This document shows, one piece after another, positions 39,773 through 50,454 of a stretch of DNA of 64,000 nucleotides. The stretch spans positions 64,001-128,000 of the forward strand of contig CAWHWQ010000004.1 of the NCBI GenBank assembly GCA_963833095.1, written 5' to 3'. The notes beneath the pieces are model-generated. The model was given only the letters and a program-made list of their open reading frames with translations. It was not told where the DNA came from and ran no database searches. Position 1 is the stretch's first letter; every line of letters begins with the position of its first letter. Both the position numbers and the translations under genes were made by a program. The stretch is from Vulcanimicrobiota bacterium (GTDB taxonomy: Bacteria > Vulcanimicrobiota > Vulcanimicrobiia > Vulcanimicrobiales > Vulcanimicrobiaceae).

Positions 39773-41503
39773 ATGCCCGATGCCCATATCCACGAGACTT
39801 CGCTGCCCGCGCTGCGCCATACGGCCGCTCACGTCCTCGCCTACGCTGTCCAAGAACTCTTCCCTGAGGCTAAACCAACCATCGGCCCGGCGATTGAGAA
39901 CGGGTTCTATTATGACTTTGATCGCAGTCAACCGTTCACGCCCGACGACCTTGCTAAATTAGAAGAGCGCATGCGCGCCATCATCGCGGCCGACTTGGAG
40001 ATGACCGGCCAAACCGTCACGCGCGATCAGGCTATCGAGCGCTTCGCCGGCAACCCGTACAAGGTCGAACTGGCCGAAGCGATTCCGCAAGGAGAGCCGA
40101 TCACGCTGTACACAATCGGCGACTTTACCGATCTCTGTCGCGGCGGGCATGCCGAACGCACCGGCGAGATCGGCGCGGTAAAGTTGACGAGCGTCGCCGG
40201 CGCATACTGGCGCGGTGACGAGAACAATCCCATGCTCCAGCGCATCTACGGAACGGCGTGGCACAGCGCGCAAGAACTCGACGCGTACCTTGCGCAAATT
40301 GAGGAGGCGCAGAAACGAGACCATCGCAAGCTCGGAGTTGAGCTGGATCTCTTTTCTATAGAGGAAGACGCGGGCGGCGGGTTGGTCTTTTGGCACCCTA
40401 AAGGCGCGATCGTGCGCGGGATCATCGAGGAGTTCATTCGCACCGGCCTTCGCGAACGCGGGTACCAACCCGTCGTCACGCCGCATATCGTCAGCGAGAA
40501 GCTCTATGAGATCTCCGGGCATCTCGAAAATTACGCGCACGGCATGTTCGGTCCGCTCGAGGTCGAGGAACAGCGCTTCCGTCTCAAACCGATGAACTGC
40601 CCGGGCCACATCCTTATCTATCGCGGCCAGCCGCACAGCTATCGCGAATTGCCGATCCGGTATTCCGAGTTCGGCACGGTCTATCGCTTCGAGCGCTCGG
40701 GCGTTTTGCACGGGCTCACGCGCGTGCGCGGCTTTACGCAAGATGACGCCCACCTTTTCTGTACGCCCGAACAGTTGCAGGGCGAATTCGAGCAAACCCT
40801 CGATGAAGCGTTGCGCTTGATGAAAGCGTTCGGCTTCTCGGACTTCGAATATTTTCTTTCGACGCGCGAAGAGCATCTGCGCCTCGATACCGATGCGGTT
40901 GCCGAAGAGGCGATTCGGCGTGCGCTCGAACGCTACGAGTTGCCGTATCAAATCGACGAAGGCGGGGGCGCATTCTACGGACCCAAACTCGACATCAACG
41001 TGCGTGATGCTATTGGACGAAAGTGGCAACTCGGCACGGTGCAAGTCGACTTCGTGTTGCCGGAGCGTTTCGATTTGAAGTATCGCGGCAGCGACGGCTT
41101 CGATCATCGTCCGGTGATGATCCATCGCGCCCTTGCGGGTTCGCTCGAACGGTTCTTCGGCATCCTCATCGAACACTTTGGCGGCGCCTTCCCAGCTTGG
41201 CTTGCGCCCGTGCAAGCGGTCCTTGCGCCGATCTCCGAACACCAACTTCTCTACGCGCGCGAAGTCGCCGCGCGGCTCGAGGGCATGGGATTCCGAATCG
41301 CCGTCGATGAGAGCAACGAAAAGCTCGGTTACAAGATCCGCCATTGGAAAACTCAGAAAGTCCCGTACATTCTCGTGGTAGGAAAGCAAGAGACCGCGGA
41401 CGGGACGGTCAATGTCAACGAACGTAGTATTGAAGAGAAACGTACGATCTCAGTCAGTGAATTTGCCGACGAGCTGCGGCGAAAGGTCGAAACCAGAGCA
41501 TGA
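39773..41503 (+). CDS. thrS: Threonine--tRNA ligase (no N-terminal TGS domain)
   Basis: RHTAAH, DLCRGGH, RDHRKLG, KPMNCP, GAFYGPK, IHRA. Confidence 0.97.
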   Translation: MPDAHIHETSLPALRHTAAHVLAYAVQELFPEAKPTIGPAIENGFYYDFDRSQPFTPDDLAKLEERMRAIIAADLEMTGQTVTRDQAIERFAGNPYKVELAEAIPQGEPITLYTIGDFTDLCRGGHAERTGEIGAVKLTSVAGAYWRGDENNPMLQRIYGTAWHSAQELDAYLAQIEEAQKRDHRKLGVELDLFSIEEDAGGGLVFWHPKGAIVRGIIEEFIRTGLRERGYQPVVTPHIVSEKLYEISGHLENYAHGMFGPLEVEEQRFRLKPMNCPGHILIYRGQPHSYRELPIRYSEFGTVYRFERSGVLHGLTRVRGFTQDDAHLFCTPEQLQGEFEQTLDEALRLMKAFGFSDFEYFLSTREEHLRLDTDAVAEEAIRRALERYELPYQIDEGGGAFYGPKLDINVRDAIGRKWQLGTVQVDFVLPERFDLKYRGSDGFDHRPVMIHRALAGSLERFFGILIEHFGGAFPAWLAPVQAVLAPISEHQLLYAREVAARLEGMGFRIAVDESNEKLGYKIRHWKTQKVPYILVVGKQETADGTVNVNERSIEEKRTISVSEFADELRRKVETRA

Positions 41504-42459
41504 AGCCCTTTGTCACCCCGAGCATAGCGCAGCGGAGTCGAGGGGTCTTATTCGCATCCATTGCGTTGTTGCTCGCGGCGTGCCAAGGAGGCTTCGGGAG
41601 CGGCGGCACGTCGGCGCCGGGCGGCGTTAATCCACCGGTTGCATCGCCCAACCTGGCTGCACCGACCACGCCGACGCCCAAGCCCTCCGGTTCGCCGACG
41701 ACCCCGCCCGGCACCGAAGTTACGTATCCCGTCGCCGATGCCGCGAGCGGCATCAAATGCCCAGCGGATCAAGGCTTCTCGTGCACGCTGACGTTTGCAG
41801 TCGCCGTCGCATCACCGTCGCCTTCACCCTCATCGTCGGGATCGCCGACGCCAAGTCCCACTCCGTCACCAACACCGACGCCGTCGCCGACCCCGGTTGG
41901 ATCGTCACCGCCGCTCTTCTCGCCGACGCCCTCGCCGGCACCGACCGCAAGTGGAACGCACGTCACGCTTCGCATCGCCGGCCTGCCGAAAGATGCGCCG
42001 AAGATGAACAACCCCGACCCGAAAGCGGTAGCAACGGTCGCGCTGGTCGCACTTCGATTGCGCACGGACGCGGATGTCACGCTGACGGGCAAAGTGCTAG
42101 CGGATTACACACTCCCGCAAGCGCAAGTCGGGGGCCGTGGCTTCGCGGTGCAGCTCTACCATGAGGACGTGAGTAAGAAGCACAAAGTGACCGACACGTT
42201 CTTCGGTTCGTACGCAAAGTCGAAACTTGAAGGCACGACGCTGCACTTCGAACTGGATTCGCCGCCGCTGCAAATCAAGAAGGACGAGACGTGGCTGCTC
42301 GTACTCTACGGCGATGAGTTGCCGTCGGCGAGCGCATCGCCTAAATCATCGCCGAGTGAATCAGCCAGCGCATCGCCGAACAGTTCAGCGAGCGCTTCGC
42401 CGAGCGGGTCGCCGAGCGCATCGCCCAGCACGTCTCCCACACCGACGGTGTCACCCTGA
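41500..42459 (+). CDS. Pro/Ser/Thr-rich lipoprotein
   Basis: Lipobox LAAC, SP/TP repeats; ATGA overlap with the thrS stop. Confidence 0.75.
   Translation: MKPFVTPSIAQRSRGVLFASIALLLAACQGGFGSGGTSAPGGVNPPVASPNLAAPTTPTPKPSGSPTTPPGTEVTYPVADAASGIKCPADQGFSCTLTFAVAVASPSPSPSSSGSPTPSPTPSPTPTPSPTPVGSSPPLFSPTPSPAPTASGTHVTLRIAGLPKDAPKMNNPDPKAVATVALVALRLRTDADVTLTGKVLADYTLPQAQVGGRGFAVQLYHEDVSKKHKVTDTFFGSYAKSKLEGTTLHFELDSPPLQIKKDETWLLVLYGDELPSASASPKSSPSESASASPNSSASASPSGSPSASPSTSPTPTVSP
41510..41547 (+). repeat. Copy of the GTCATCCCGAG palindromic repeat inside a coding region
   Basis: TTGTCACCCCGAGCATAGCGCAGCGGAGTCGAGGGG versus TTGTCATCCCGAGCGTAGCGCAGCGTAGTCGAGGGA at 59644. Confidence 0.75.
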
Positions 42460-43466
42460 TCGTTCTGGGGATCGAGACCTCATGTGACGACACGGCGACA
42501 GCGCTCGTACGCGACGGGCGCGAGGTGCTCTCAAGCGTTTCCACCAACCAAGATGCGTTTCACGCAAAGTACGGCGGCATCGTGCCCGAGATCGCGAGCC
42601 GCCAGCATGTCGCGTTGCTCTCCGCAGCGGTCGACGATGCGCTCGGCCGCGCTTCGTTAACGTTCAACGACGTCGATGCGATCGGCGTCACGCGCGGACC
42701 AGGGTTGATCGGCAGTCTGGTTGTCGGTGTCGCCAGCGCCAAAGCGCTTGCTTTTGCGCTCAACAAACCGCTCTACGCCGTCAATCATTTGCACGGGCAC
42801 ATCTTCGCGGCGTTTCTCGACTGCGACGAAGAACCGCCCTACCCGTTTCTTGCGCTTCTCGTGTCCGGTGGCCACTCGCAGCTCGTTGACGTTCGCTCCG
42901 CAACGGACATGCACGTCATCGGTCGTACCCGCGACGACGCCGCGGGTGAAGCGTACGACAAGACCGCGCGACTGCTCGGATTGCCCTATCCGGGTGGTCC
43001 GCAACTCGATGCGCTTGCGCGAACGGGCAATCCCAAAGCGCATGCGTTTCCGCGCCATCGAGCCGACGCCGGCACGCTCGATCTTTCGTTCTCGGGGCTC
43101 AAAACGTCGGTACGGTATTTTCTCGAAACGGAACAGGGACGCAATGCCAAACCAGCCGACGTCGCGGCGTCATTCCAAGCTGCCGTCGTCGACGTGCTGA
43201 TGGCACGCGTCGATACCGCGTTTGCCAACGGCGACTATCGTGCGCTGGTCGTTTCAGGCGGCGTCGCAGCCAACTCGGAACTCCAAGCCCGCGTGCGCGC
43301 CTGGAGCAATGCGCGCGGCGTGTCCGCCTTCATTCCGCCGCCGAAATACTGCACCGACAACGCAGCGATGATCGCCGCCGCGGCGTATCGTCAGCGCGCA
43401 GTCGCGCTGGTCGATCCGCTCGCATTGTCAGCGGACCCGAACTTGCCCTTCGAACGGGCTAGTTAA
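42456..43466 (+). CDS. tsaD: tRNA t6A synthase TsaD (probable CTG start)
   Basis: IVLGIETSCDDT, GGIVPEIASRQH, HLHGH, VSGGHS, GEAYDK, SFSGLKT, TDNAAMI. Confidence 0.95.
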   Translation: MIVLGIETSCDDTATALVRDGREVLSSVSTNQDAFHAKYGGIVPEIASRQHVALLSAAVDDALGRASLTFNDVDAIGVTRGPGLIGSLVVGVASAKALAFALNKPLYAVNHLHGHIFAAFLDCDEEPPYPFLALLVSGGHSQLVDVRSATDMHVIGRTRDDAAGEAYDKTARLLGLPYPGGPQLDALARTGNPKAHAFPRHRADAGTLDLSFSGLKTSVRYFLETEQGRNAKPADVAASFQAAVVDVLMARVDTAFANGDYRALVVSGGVAANSELQARVRAWSNARGVSAFIPPPKYCTDNAAMIAAAAYRQRAVALVDPLALSADPNLPFERAS

Positions 43467-43839
43467 AACAACTGTTCGGCCCCCAAAGGCCGACGGTCCA
43501 GCCGGCGACGCGATCGTGCGACCATTCTATGTTGACCTCTTTGTAGTACTTGTCGCAAAACTCGTCTTTGTATTGATACTGGATGATCTTCGAGGTAACG
43601 CCGTCTTTGTCCTCAGCGTCGAAGGCAGCATAGGGTTTAGGAATCTGCTTTTCGATCATCACGTCAACTTGCGCCCGCGTCATGCCCTTATGTAGCGCGC
43701 TTTGAACGATCGCGATGTTGTGATCGGCGACCATCGGCTCGAGGTAGATCGGCCAGATGATGAATATCCACACGAGAAACAGTACGAGCGCCGCGACAAG
43801 CACGCCGAAGGCACCAAGGATCTTGAGGCCGATTTTCAT
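43459..43839 (-). CDS. Hypothetical membrane-anchored protein
   Basis: N-terminal TM helix, GMTRAQV (SmpA/OmlA-like); ATGA-coupled to the upstream gene. Confidence 0.55.
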   Translation of the reverse strand: MKIGLKILGAFGVLVAALVLFLVWIFIIWPIYLEPMVADHNIAIVQSALHKGMTRAQVDVMIEKQIPKPYAAFDAEDKDGVTSKIIQYQYKDEFCDKYYKEVNIEWSHDRVAGWTVGLWGPNSCFN

Positions 43840-44528
43840 GTAAGGTATTTCGGCACGTTCGCCCCCTTGATGAGCAGATACAGCATGATTGCCAGCTCAC
43901 CGAAGAGCGCGGGCTGCGCGATCATAAATGCACGTTCATGGTACTGCGGCGCCATGATTCCGATGACGCTGAGCACTACGTAGGCGAGCCCGTCGATCAG
44001 CAACCAGTAGCCGATGAATCGGGGAATAAAACCCGACTTGATCACAAGTAGGCCAAACGGCAACAGCCAGAGTCCCCAAAAGACGCCGTTGACAACGTTT
44101 CCCTGGCTATGCAAATGCAGAAAGAGCATGGCTAGCGCATTGAGTTGGGCTGCCGTGAACGCCGCGAGCGAGCCGCCGCCGTGCACCAATGTCAGGGCGG
44201 CAATCCAATTCAGCGCGTTGATGAAGAATATCGGCGCGACGGTGACGCCGCCTAAGATGACCATCAGTACCGCGAGGTACCGATCCACATCTTTGAACAA
44301 ACGGTAGAGCGCAAGAACCAGAAAGATGCTGACGACGCCGCTGAACAAATCGGCAAGAATTGCCAGACGGAACATCGTCTCATGCGCTAAGAGGTTGGCA
44401 GCCGTTGCGGCGGCATTTCCGCTCACGATGAGCACACTTGGGACATAGATCAGGCTAAACGGCCCAGAGAGCGTCTCTAAGAGATAGATCGCCCCCGCCA
44501 CGCGCGCCGCCTTGACGGTTGGGTTCAT
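43836..44528 (-). CDS. DUF4386-like membrane protein
   Basis: ARVAGAIYL, FWGLWL, SGFIPR, YLLIKG. Confidence 0.75.
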   Translation of the reverse strand: MNPTVKAARVAGAIYLLETLSGPFSLIYVPSVLIVSGNAAATAANLLAHETMFRLAILADLFSGVVSIFLVLALYRLFKDVDRYLAVLMVILGGVTVAPIFFINALNWIAALTLVHGGGSLAAFTAAQLNALAMLFLHLHSQGNVVNGVFWGLWLLPFGLLVIKSGFIPRFIGYWLLIDGLAYVVLSVIGIMAPQYHERAFMIAQPALFGELAIMLYLLIKGANVPKYLT

Positions 44529-44609
44529 GCCGCCCCCCTTGCAACCCCGTACAGCCAAGCGAGGCCGCGTGTTTCACCATAGAGAACTATAGGGGTGGAG
44601 GGCTGCGAT

Positions 44610-46922
44610 ATGCGTATCTCTTTCCCTGGATTGGCATTTGCTCTCGTCGTGCTGGCGGCCGCCTGCGGCGGCGGCGGACACGGCATCGTACCTGCCGCGA
44701 ATCCAGGCGCGAACAACGCCGCCGGCGGCGCCAACGCGCATGCCGTGATGGTCCTCTACGTGCCGCCCCCCGCTCGGCAAGCCGCGCGCAAACCGTTTTA
44801 CATCTCATCGGGAACGCAATCGTTTGGGGTGCTCGCCGTGCCGGTGTCGTCGAGCGAAACGCCGACGCCGTCGAACCTCCAATTCTTCCCGGTTGCGACA
44901 CCCAGCCCGTGCGCGGTTGCCAGCGGCGGCGGCTATAGCTGTACGCTCAACGTTACCGCGCCGGTTGGCACGGATATCTTCTATATTGGGGCATTCGCCA
45001 GTCCGAGCCCGGGCCCCAACGCGATTCCGCTCTCCGAATTTGCTTCCGGCGCGGTCACCGTCAGTTTGAGTCCGTTGCCGGGCGCGACGCCGCTCTCGTT
45101 TACACTCAACGGCGTCGTCTATTCCGTCGCGATCACCGTACCGAGTCCCGACGCCGGCAATACGCCCAACACCCAGATCTTGCCGGCCGGTACGCCCTCG
45201 GCCGCGTGGCCGCTCGGCATTACCGCGTACGACGCGTCGGGAAACGTCATCGCTAGCGATCCCACCAACGTCTTCACCGTCCCAATTGCGATCGCACTCT
45301 CGCCGGCGGGTGCGGGCGTTTCCCTGTCGACCAGCGGCGCAACCTGCAGTTCCGCTTCCGCATCGTCGGTGACCATTTCGTGCGCGGGCGATCTGGGTCA
45401 CGTGCAGTTCAGTTACAACGGCATGACCTCGCCCGATCCCAACGACCACGTTACCGATACGTTCACGATCGCAAACGCGACGCAGGTTGCGTCGCCGTCG
45501 CCGTCACCCGCTACCATCAAACTCGCGAGCAACGTGGTCACTTGGCCGATAACGACGAGCGGTGCGGGAGCCTATCAAAGCGCGTTGATCCGCATCGCGA
45601 GCGGCGCTCTCGTCTACGCTTCGAATACCGATGGCGGCAACCTCATCGGCACTCTGGATCCCTCGACCAACGCACTTTCGCCGCCCGCAACCATGGGCGG
45701 TGTCGTGGACATGACCGCCATCGCCATCAACACGGCCGGAAACGTGTGGGTCATCGACAACGAGAACACCTTCGATTGTTATACCTCACTCGCGAACGCC
45801 GAGTCCGGCGCGTCGCCGCAGCTCACCTCAATCGTGGCCTACTCGCCCTCCGAGTACAACATCGAGGTCGATGCGATCGCGTTCGACAAGGCCGGGAACC
45901 TTTGGTACACCGGCGAGGATTCCGAAACGGCGCAAAACTACGCCGGCTACTTCAGTTCGACGAATTGCGCTTCACCGGGAACGCCGCAGGCGCAGTATAC
46001 GCTCGCAGGCGATAGCTACGACACCGGCGGCGGAAACACGATCGGTGTCCTTGCAAATTCCGACGGCGTCGCCATCAACTCGTTCAGCAGCGACGGCGCG
46101 ACTGCCGGGTTGTACGTCGTGAACACCGCCGATAGCCCCGGTTCGGTCGCCGCGTTCACGCCGGCGTTGCCGGGCGCCACCTACGGCGGCGGCGTCGCGG
46201 TCGATGGCAACGGTGCAAAATACGCTGCGTACCTTGCAGACTCGAGCGGTGTGGCCGACATCGAGATTGCGCAGCCGCTCGGCACGACGCTCTCGACACT
46301 GTTGACTCTTCCACCGGCGACGAGCGGCGTCTATCCATATCCCGATCCGGGTGACGTCGCCGTCTTTTCTCCAAGCGGCGGTGCGGCTGACCGGCTCGAA
46401 TACACCGACAGTGACTTTGCCGCGCTGGGTATCGTTGAAAACATCCCCGCGTCGCCGCTGCCGATTCTCGTCGGCTTACCCAACGCCAACGCGATTTGGC
46501 AGCCGGCGTATAACATGCATGGCGGAGAGTACGCGATCTATGTCGACAACGCGCAAAATCTCAATATCGCACGCGTTATTCCGACGACGACATGGGCGGT
46601 TCCGCAAGTCCAGCTTGCGGCGTCATGTTTGGGCGAAACGCTGCTCGCGGTGCTCGAACGCGGTGACAGCGGGCCGTTCACGATCACGCCCACCGGAACC
46701 GTCAGCAGCACTGCGCTGCCGGGCGCCGATCATGACTTCTGGCTCGAGTTCGGCGGAGCAACGGGCGCGACGGTCACGGTTGCAGCGGGCGGACGCTCGG
46801 AAACCTACCCGGTGACCGCGCCGACGAACCCGCCCGTCGATTGCGACGCCGCCCATCGCCGCCTCAGGCGTTCAATTCACTTGCAAGCAATGCTGCCACG
46901 CGCGGCGCGCACGCCGCACTAG
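44610..46922 (+). CDS. Large secreted lipoprotein with beta-propeller-like repeats
   Basis: Lipobox AAAC-GGGG, DKAGNLWY and AGNVWV blades. Confidence 0.7.
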   Translation: MRISFPGLAFALVVLAAACGGGGHGIVPAANPGANNAAGGANAHAVMVLYVPPPARQAARKPFYISSGTQSFGVLAVPVSSSETPTPSNLQFFPVATPSPCAVASGGGYSCTLNVTAPVGTDIFYIGAFASPSPGPNAIPLSEFASGAVTVSLSPLPGATPLSFTLNGVVYSVAITVPSPDAGNTPNTQILPAGTPSAAWPLGITAYDASGNVIASDPTNVFTVPIAIALSPAGAGVSLSTSGATCSSASASSVTISCAGDLGHVQFSYNGMTSPDPNDHVTDTFTIANATQVASPSPSPATIKLASNVVTWPITTSGAGAYQSALIRIASGALVYASNTDGGNLIGTLDPSTNALSPPATMGGVVDMTAIAINTAGNVWVIDNENTFDCYTSLANAESGASPQLTSIVAYSPSEYNIEVDAIAFDKAGNLWYTGEDSETAQNYAGYFSSTNCASPGTPQAQYTLAGDSYDTGGGNTIGVLANSDGVAINSFSSDGATAGLYVVNTADSPGSVAAFTPALPGATYGGGVAVDGNGAKYAAYLADSSGVADIEIAQPLGTTLSTLLTLPPATSGVYPYPDPGDVAVFSPSGGAADRLEYTDSDFAALGIVENIPASPLPILVGLPNANAIWQPAYNMHGGEYAIYVDNAQNLNIARVIPTTTWAVPQVQLAASCLGETLLAVLERGDSGPFTITPTGTVSSTALPGADHDFWLEFGGATGATVTVAAGGRSETYPVTAPTNPPVDCDAAHRRLRRSIHLQAMLPRAARTPH

Positions 46923-48262
46923 CGCTCTCATCGAGAAACGAGGCGCGCGTGCGGCGGGAAAGCACGTCGTCGACGGTGCGCGCCATCTCGTTGCGAATTG
47001 CATGCACGACGTCGTCTTCGGTGTACGGAAGGTCCGGGTGAAGCTTCGGCCCAGTCCCCGGCAGCAGTGATTCGTTGAGCGGCAAATCGTGCGTCCGGCA
47101 TGGCGCAGCCGCGAGACGCCCGACTTTGGCCGCGACGTCGATCGTGTCTTGCGCCATCTGCCGGTAGGTCGTCCACTTCCCTCCGGCGATCGTCACCAGG
47201 CCTGAGCGCGCGGTCTCGACGACATGCTCGCGCGACAAGCGCGCCGTGGTCGCTGACGCACCAGCGACGAGCGGTCGCAGGCCACAAAACGCCGCCGTAA
47301 TCTGCGAGCGCGCGATCGGACGCTCGAGGTATCGCGCTGCATGGTGCAGCAAATAGTCGACCTCTTCTTCGCTCGGAACCGGATCGAGTGACGGCTGCGC
47401 TTCGGCAATGTCCGTCGTACCGATGAGCACATGGCCCTGCCAGGGAATGACAAAGAGTACTCGTCCGTCGTCGGTCCTCGGTACGAGCAGCGCATCGTCG
47501 CCCGGAAACACCTCATGCGGCACGACGATGTGCGACCCACGACTCAGCGAAAGCAGCGGGCGTGATGCTCGATCGTCGAGCCGCCGTAGTTCATCGCTGA
47601 AGACGCCGGTCGCATTTACTACCACGCGCGCGCGTACGCTCACCTCGTCGCCGCGCTCTTCGTCCCGCACGCGAACTCCGGTAATCCGCGTATCGCTGCG
47701 CTCAAACCCGACCACCCGCGCGTAGTTGACCACGACAGCGCCGCGATCGATCCCGGTACGTGCTAGCGCAATCGCGAGGCGCGAGTCGTCAAACTGTCCG
47801 TCGTGATAACGGATCGACCCACGCAGCCCCCGCGCGCGCAGCGCCGGCAAATGCTCGAGTGTTTCGCGCCGGTTCAGATAGCGGCTGCGGCCAAAACCGG
47901 AGGCGCCCGCGAGCATATCGTACGCAGTCAGTCCGGCAAAATAGTACGGTGCTTCGTACCAGCGATAGGCCGGACAGATGAAGCCCACATCGTTCACCAG
48001 ATGTGGCGCGTTTTTGCGGAGGATCGCGCGCTCGCGCAGTGCCTCGCGCACCAAGTGGATATCGCCTTCGGCCAGGTAACGCACACCGCCGTGAATCAAT
48101 TTGGTCGAGCGGCTCGAGGTGGCTTTGGCGAAGTCGACGCGCCTCGACGAGCGCGGTTTTATATCCGCGCGAGACCGCATCGACCGCGGCGCCAAGCCCG
48201 CTTGCGCCGCCACCGATGATCGCGATATCGAAGTCGTCGTCGAGCGCGCCGAAGTTACGCAC
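46864..48262 (-). CDS. glpD: Glycerol-3-phosphate dehydrogenase (FAD); frameshift near the 5' end
   Basis: [38 protein letters not shown]. Confidence 0.92.
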
Positions 48263-49736
48263 GGGCTTTCCGAACCGCGTTTGCCCACCCGGCGAGCAGC
48301 TTCTCTCGCACCCGTGCATCGATCGCGGGACGAAAGCGATGCTGTTCTTGCCACAGCTTTGCGAGCTCATCCGTATCGTTCCAATATCCAACTTGCAAGC
48401 CGGCGCAGAACGCGGCACCCAGTGCGGTGGTTTCGGTTACGCGCGGCCGCGCGACATCCACGCCTAAGACATCGGCTTGAAACTGCATCAGCAGATCGTT
48501 CACGACGGCGCCGCCGTCGACGCGCAATTCGCGCAGCGCGACGCCCGAATCGCTCTCCATTGCGCGGACGACGTCGTAGCTCTGATAGGCAATCGATTCG
48601 AGCGTGGCCCGCGCCAGGTGTTCCTTGGTACTCCCGCGCGTGAGCCCAACAATCGTGCCGCGCGCGTATGGATCCCAGTACGGCGCACCAAGGCCGGTAA
48701 ACGCGGGAACGAAATACACACCGGCGGTGTTCGTCACGCGCGCCGCAAGCGGCTCGATCTCCGCCGCCGTCGCGATGATGCCGAGGCCGTCGCGCAGCCA
48801 TTGCACTGCCGATCCCGTGACGAAGACTGAGCCTTCGAGCGCATAAGTCGCGACCCCGCGCTGCGCCGAGAAGCCGACGGTCGCGAGCAGTCCGTTCTTG
48901 CTGCGCACGATCTCATCGCCGGTATTGAGCATCACAAACGATCCCGTGCCATAGGTATTCTTTGCAAGGCCTTTAACAAAACCGGCCTGTCCGGCCAGCG
49001 CCGCCTGCTGATCTCCCACGACACCCGCAATCGGTACTGCGGCGCCGAGCAGGCTTGCGTCGACGGCACCGAACTCTGCGACGCAGGGACGCACATCCGG
49101 CAGCAGCGCGCGCGGGACGTTGAAGATCCGCAGCAACTCGTCGTCCCAATCCAGCGTGCGCAAATTGAAAAGCAGCGTGCGTGAGGCGTTGGTGTAGTCG
49201 GTCGCGTGAACGGCGCCGGCGGTAAGGTTGTGAATCAGCCAGCTGTCGACCGTGCCGAAAGCGATCTCGCCGCGTTCCGCTCGCGCGCGCAAGCCGTCGA
49301 CGTTATCGAGAATCCAGGCGATTTTCGTCGCCGAGAAATACGGATCCAGTAAAAGCCCTGTTTTCTCGGCGACCGTCGGCGCGTAGCCCTGCGCCTCGAG
49401 CGTTTCGCACATCGGCGCGGTGCGCCGGTCTTGCCAGACGATCGAGTTATAGACGGGACGGCCGGTCACGCGATCCCACAGCGTCGTCGTTTCGCGCTGA
49501 TTGCTGACCCCGATCGCTGCGAGCTCGCTCGCCGTTATGCCCGCATTTCGCAGCGCGCCCTGCGCCGTCTCGACCTGCGAGCGCCAAATGTCGTCCGGGT
49601 CGTGTTCGACCCAGCCCGGCTGCGGAAAGTGCTGCGCAAATTCGCGCTGATCGACGCCGCGAATCGCGCCGGCGTGATCGAACACGATCGCGCGCGAGCT
49701 CGTCGTGCCCTGATCCAGCGCGAGGATGAACGCCAT
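48255..49736 (-). CDS. glpK: Glycerol kinase
   Basis: [34 protein letters not shown]. Confidence 0.97.
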   Translation of the reverse strand: MAFILALDQGTTSSRAIVFDHAGAIRGVDQREFAQHFPQPGWVEHDPDDIWRSQVETAQGALRNAGITASELAAIGVSNQRETTTLWDRVTGRPVYNSIVWQDRRTAPMCETLEAQGYAPTVAEKTGLLLDPYFSATKIAWILDNVDGLRARAERGEIAFGTVDSWLIHNLTAGAVHATDYTNASRTLLFNLRTLDWDDELLRIFNVPRALLPDVRPCVAEFGAVDASLLGAAVPIAGVVGDQQAALAGQAGFVKGLAKNTYGTGSFVMLNTGDEIVRSKNGLLATVGFSAQRGVATYALEGSVFVTGSAVQWLRDGLGIIATAAEIEPLAARVTNTAGVYFVPAFTGLGAPYWDPYARGTIVGLTRGSTKEHLARATLESIAYQSYDVVRAMESDSGVALRELRVDGGAVVNDLLMQFQADVLGVDVARPRVTETTALGAAFCAGLQVGYWNDTDELAKLWQEQHRFRPAIDARVREKLLAGWANAVRKARA

Positions 49737-49773
49737 GCGGCTCTCTCAACCGCAAGGCGTGCGCTTCCTGCCT

Positions 49774-50127
49774 CTAGCCGCGGGGTGCGCTGGTATCCAT
49801 AAAGGCTTCTTCGAAAACCTCGCCGCTGCGATCGCGCCGCGAACGATCATAGTACGCCGGCGGCGAATAGACGTTGAGCGTCACGGCTTCGTCATCCGAA
49901 GCGCCGACGAACTGATGCGCGACCCCGCGCCGCACGATGGCGCTGTCGCCTGCCCGCATGCGAACGTTCTGCTGCCCGATCTTCGCATCGACCTCGCCTC
50001 GAACGACCACCAACACTTGTACGCTCTCGGCGTGCTCGTTGCCGAGTGGCCCGCTTTCTTCCCCGCGGGCCAAGCGCATCTCCGCCGTCTGAACGCCGTC
50101 TTCTGTGCTCAGTACTTTGAAATCCAT
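49774..50127 (-). CDS. Cupin domain protein
   Basis: EH..SVQ, GVAHQF, YSPPAY. Confidence 0.8.
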   Translation of the reverse strand: MDFKVLSTEDGVQTAEMRLARGEESGPLGNEHAESVQVLVVVRGEVDAKIGQQNVRMRAGDSAIVRRGVAHQFVGASDDEAVTLNVYSPPAYYDRSRRDRSGEVFEEAFMDTSAPRG

Positions 50128-50167
50128 GCTAGGCTAATACCCAGAGCGTCGCGGGTACAACACAACC

Positions 50168-50446
50168 ATGCCTGCCAAGAAATGGTCCCAAGACGTAACC
50201 CAACACAGCAACGCGCTCGATCTCGAGCAATCGGTCTTTACCAAGGATGATCCTAAAGAGATCGCGCGCTCGCTCAAGCGCTCGGCCGAGCGGAGCTCCC
50301 GGCGCAAGAGCAACCCATATCGCTCCGCGATGTCGATGCTAACGTTCTACATCAACCGTGCGGGTAAGGGCCTCTCGAAGAAGCAGCTGCGTGTGCTCGA
50401 GCGCGCCAAAGACGAACTACGCGTCGCTTTCGGGCGCGTACGGTAA
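50168..50446 (+). CDS. DUF3175 family protein
   Basis: KWSQDVT..SNALDLE, SAMSMLTFYINRAG. Confidence 0.85.
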   Translation: MPAKKWSQDVTQHSNALDLEQSVFTKDDPKEIARSLKRSAERSSRRKSNPYRSAMSMLTFYINRAGKGLSKKQLRVLERAKDELRVAFGRVR

Positions 50447-50454
50447 TTCATCGC

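Noticed and set aside
39959..41389. Long antisense or alternative-frame ORFs (e.g. 476 aa opposite thrS, 876 aa over lhr)
   Set aside because: Shadow ORFs caused by high GC and codon bias, with no recognisable motifs of their own.
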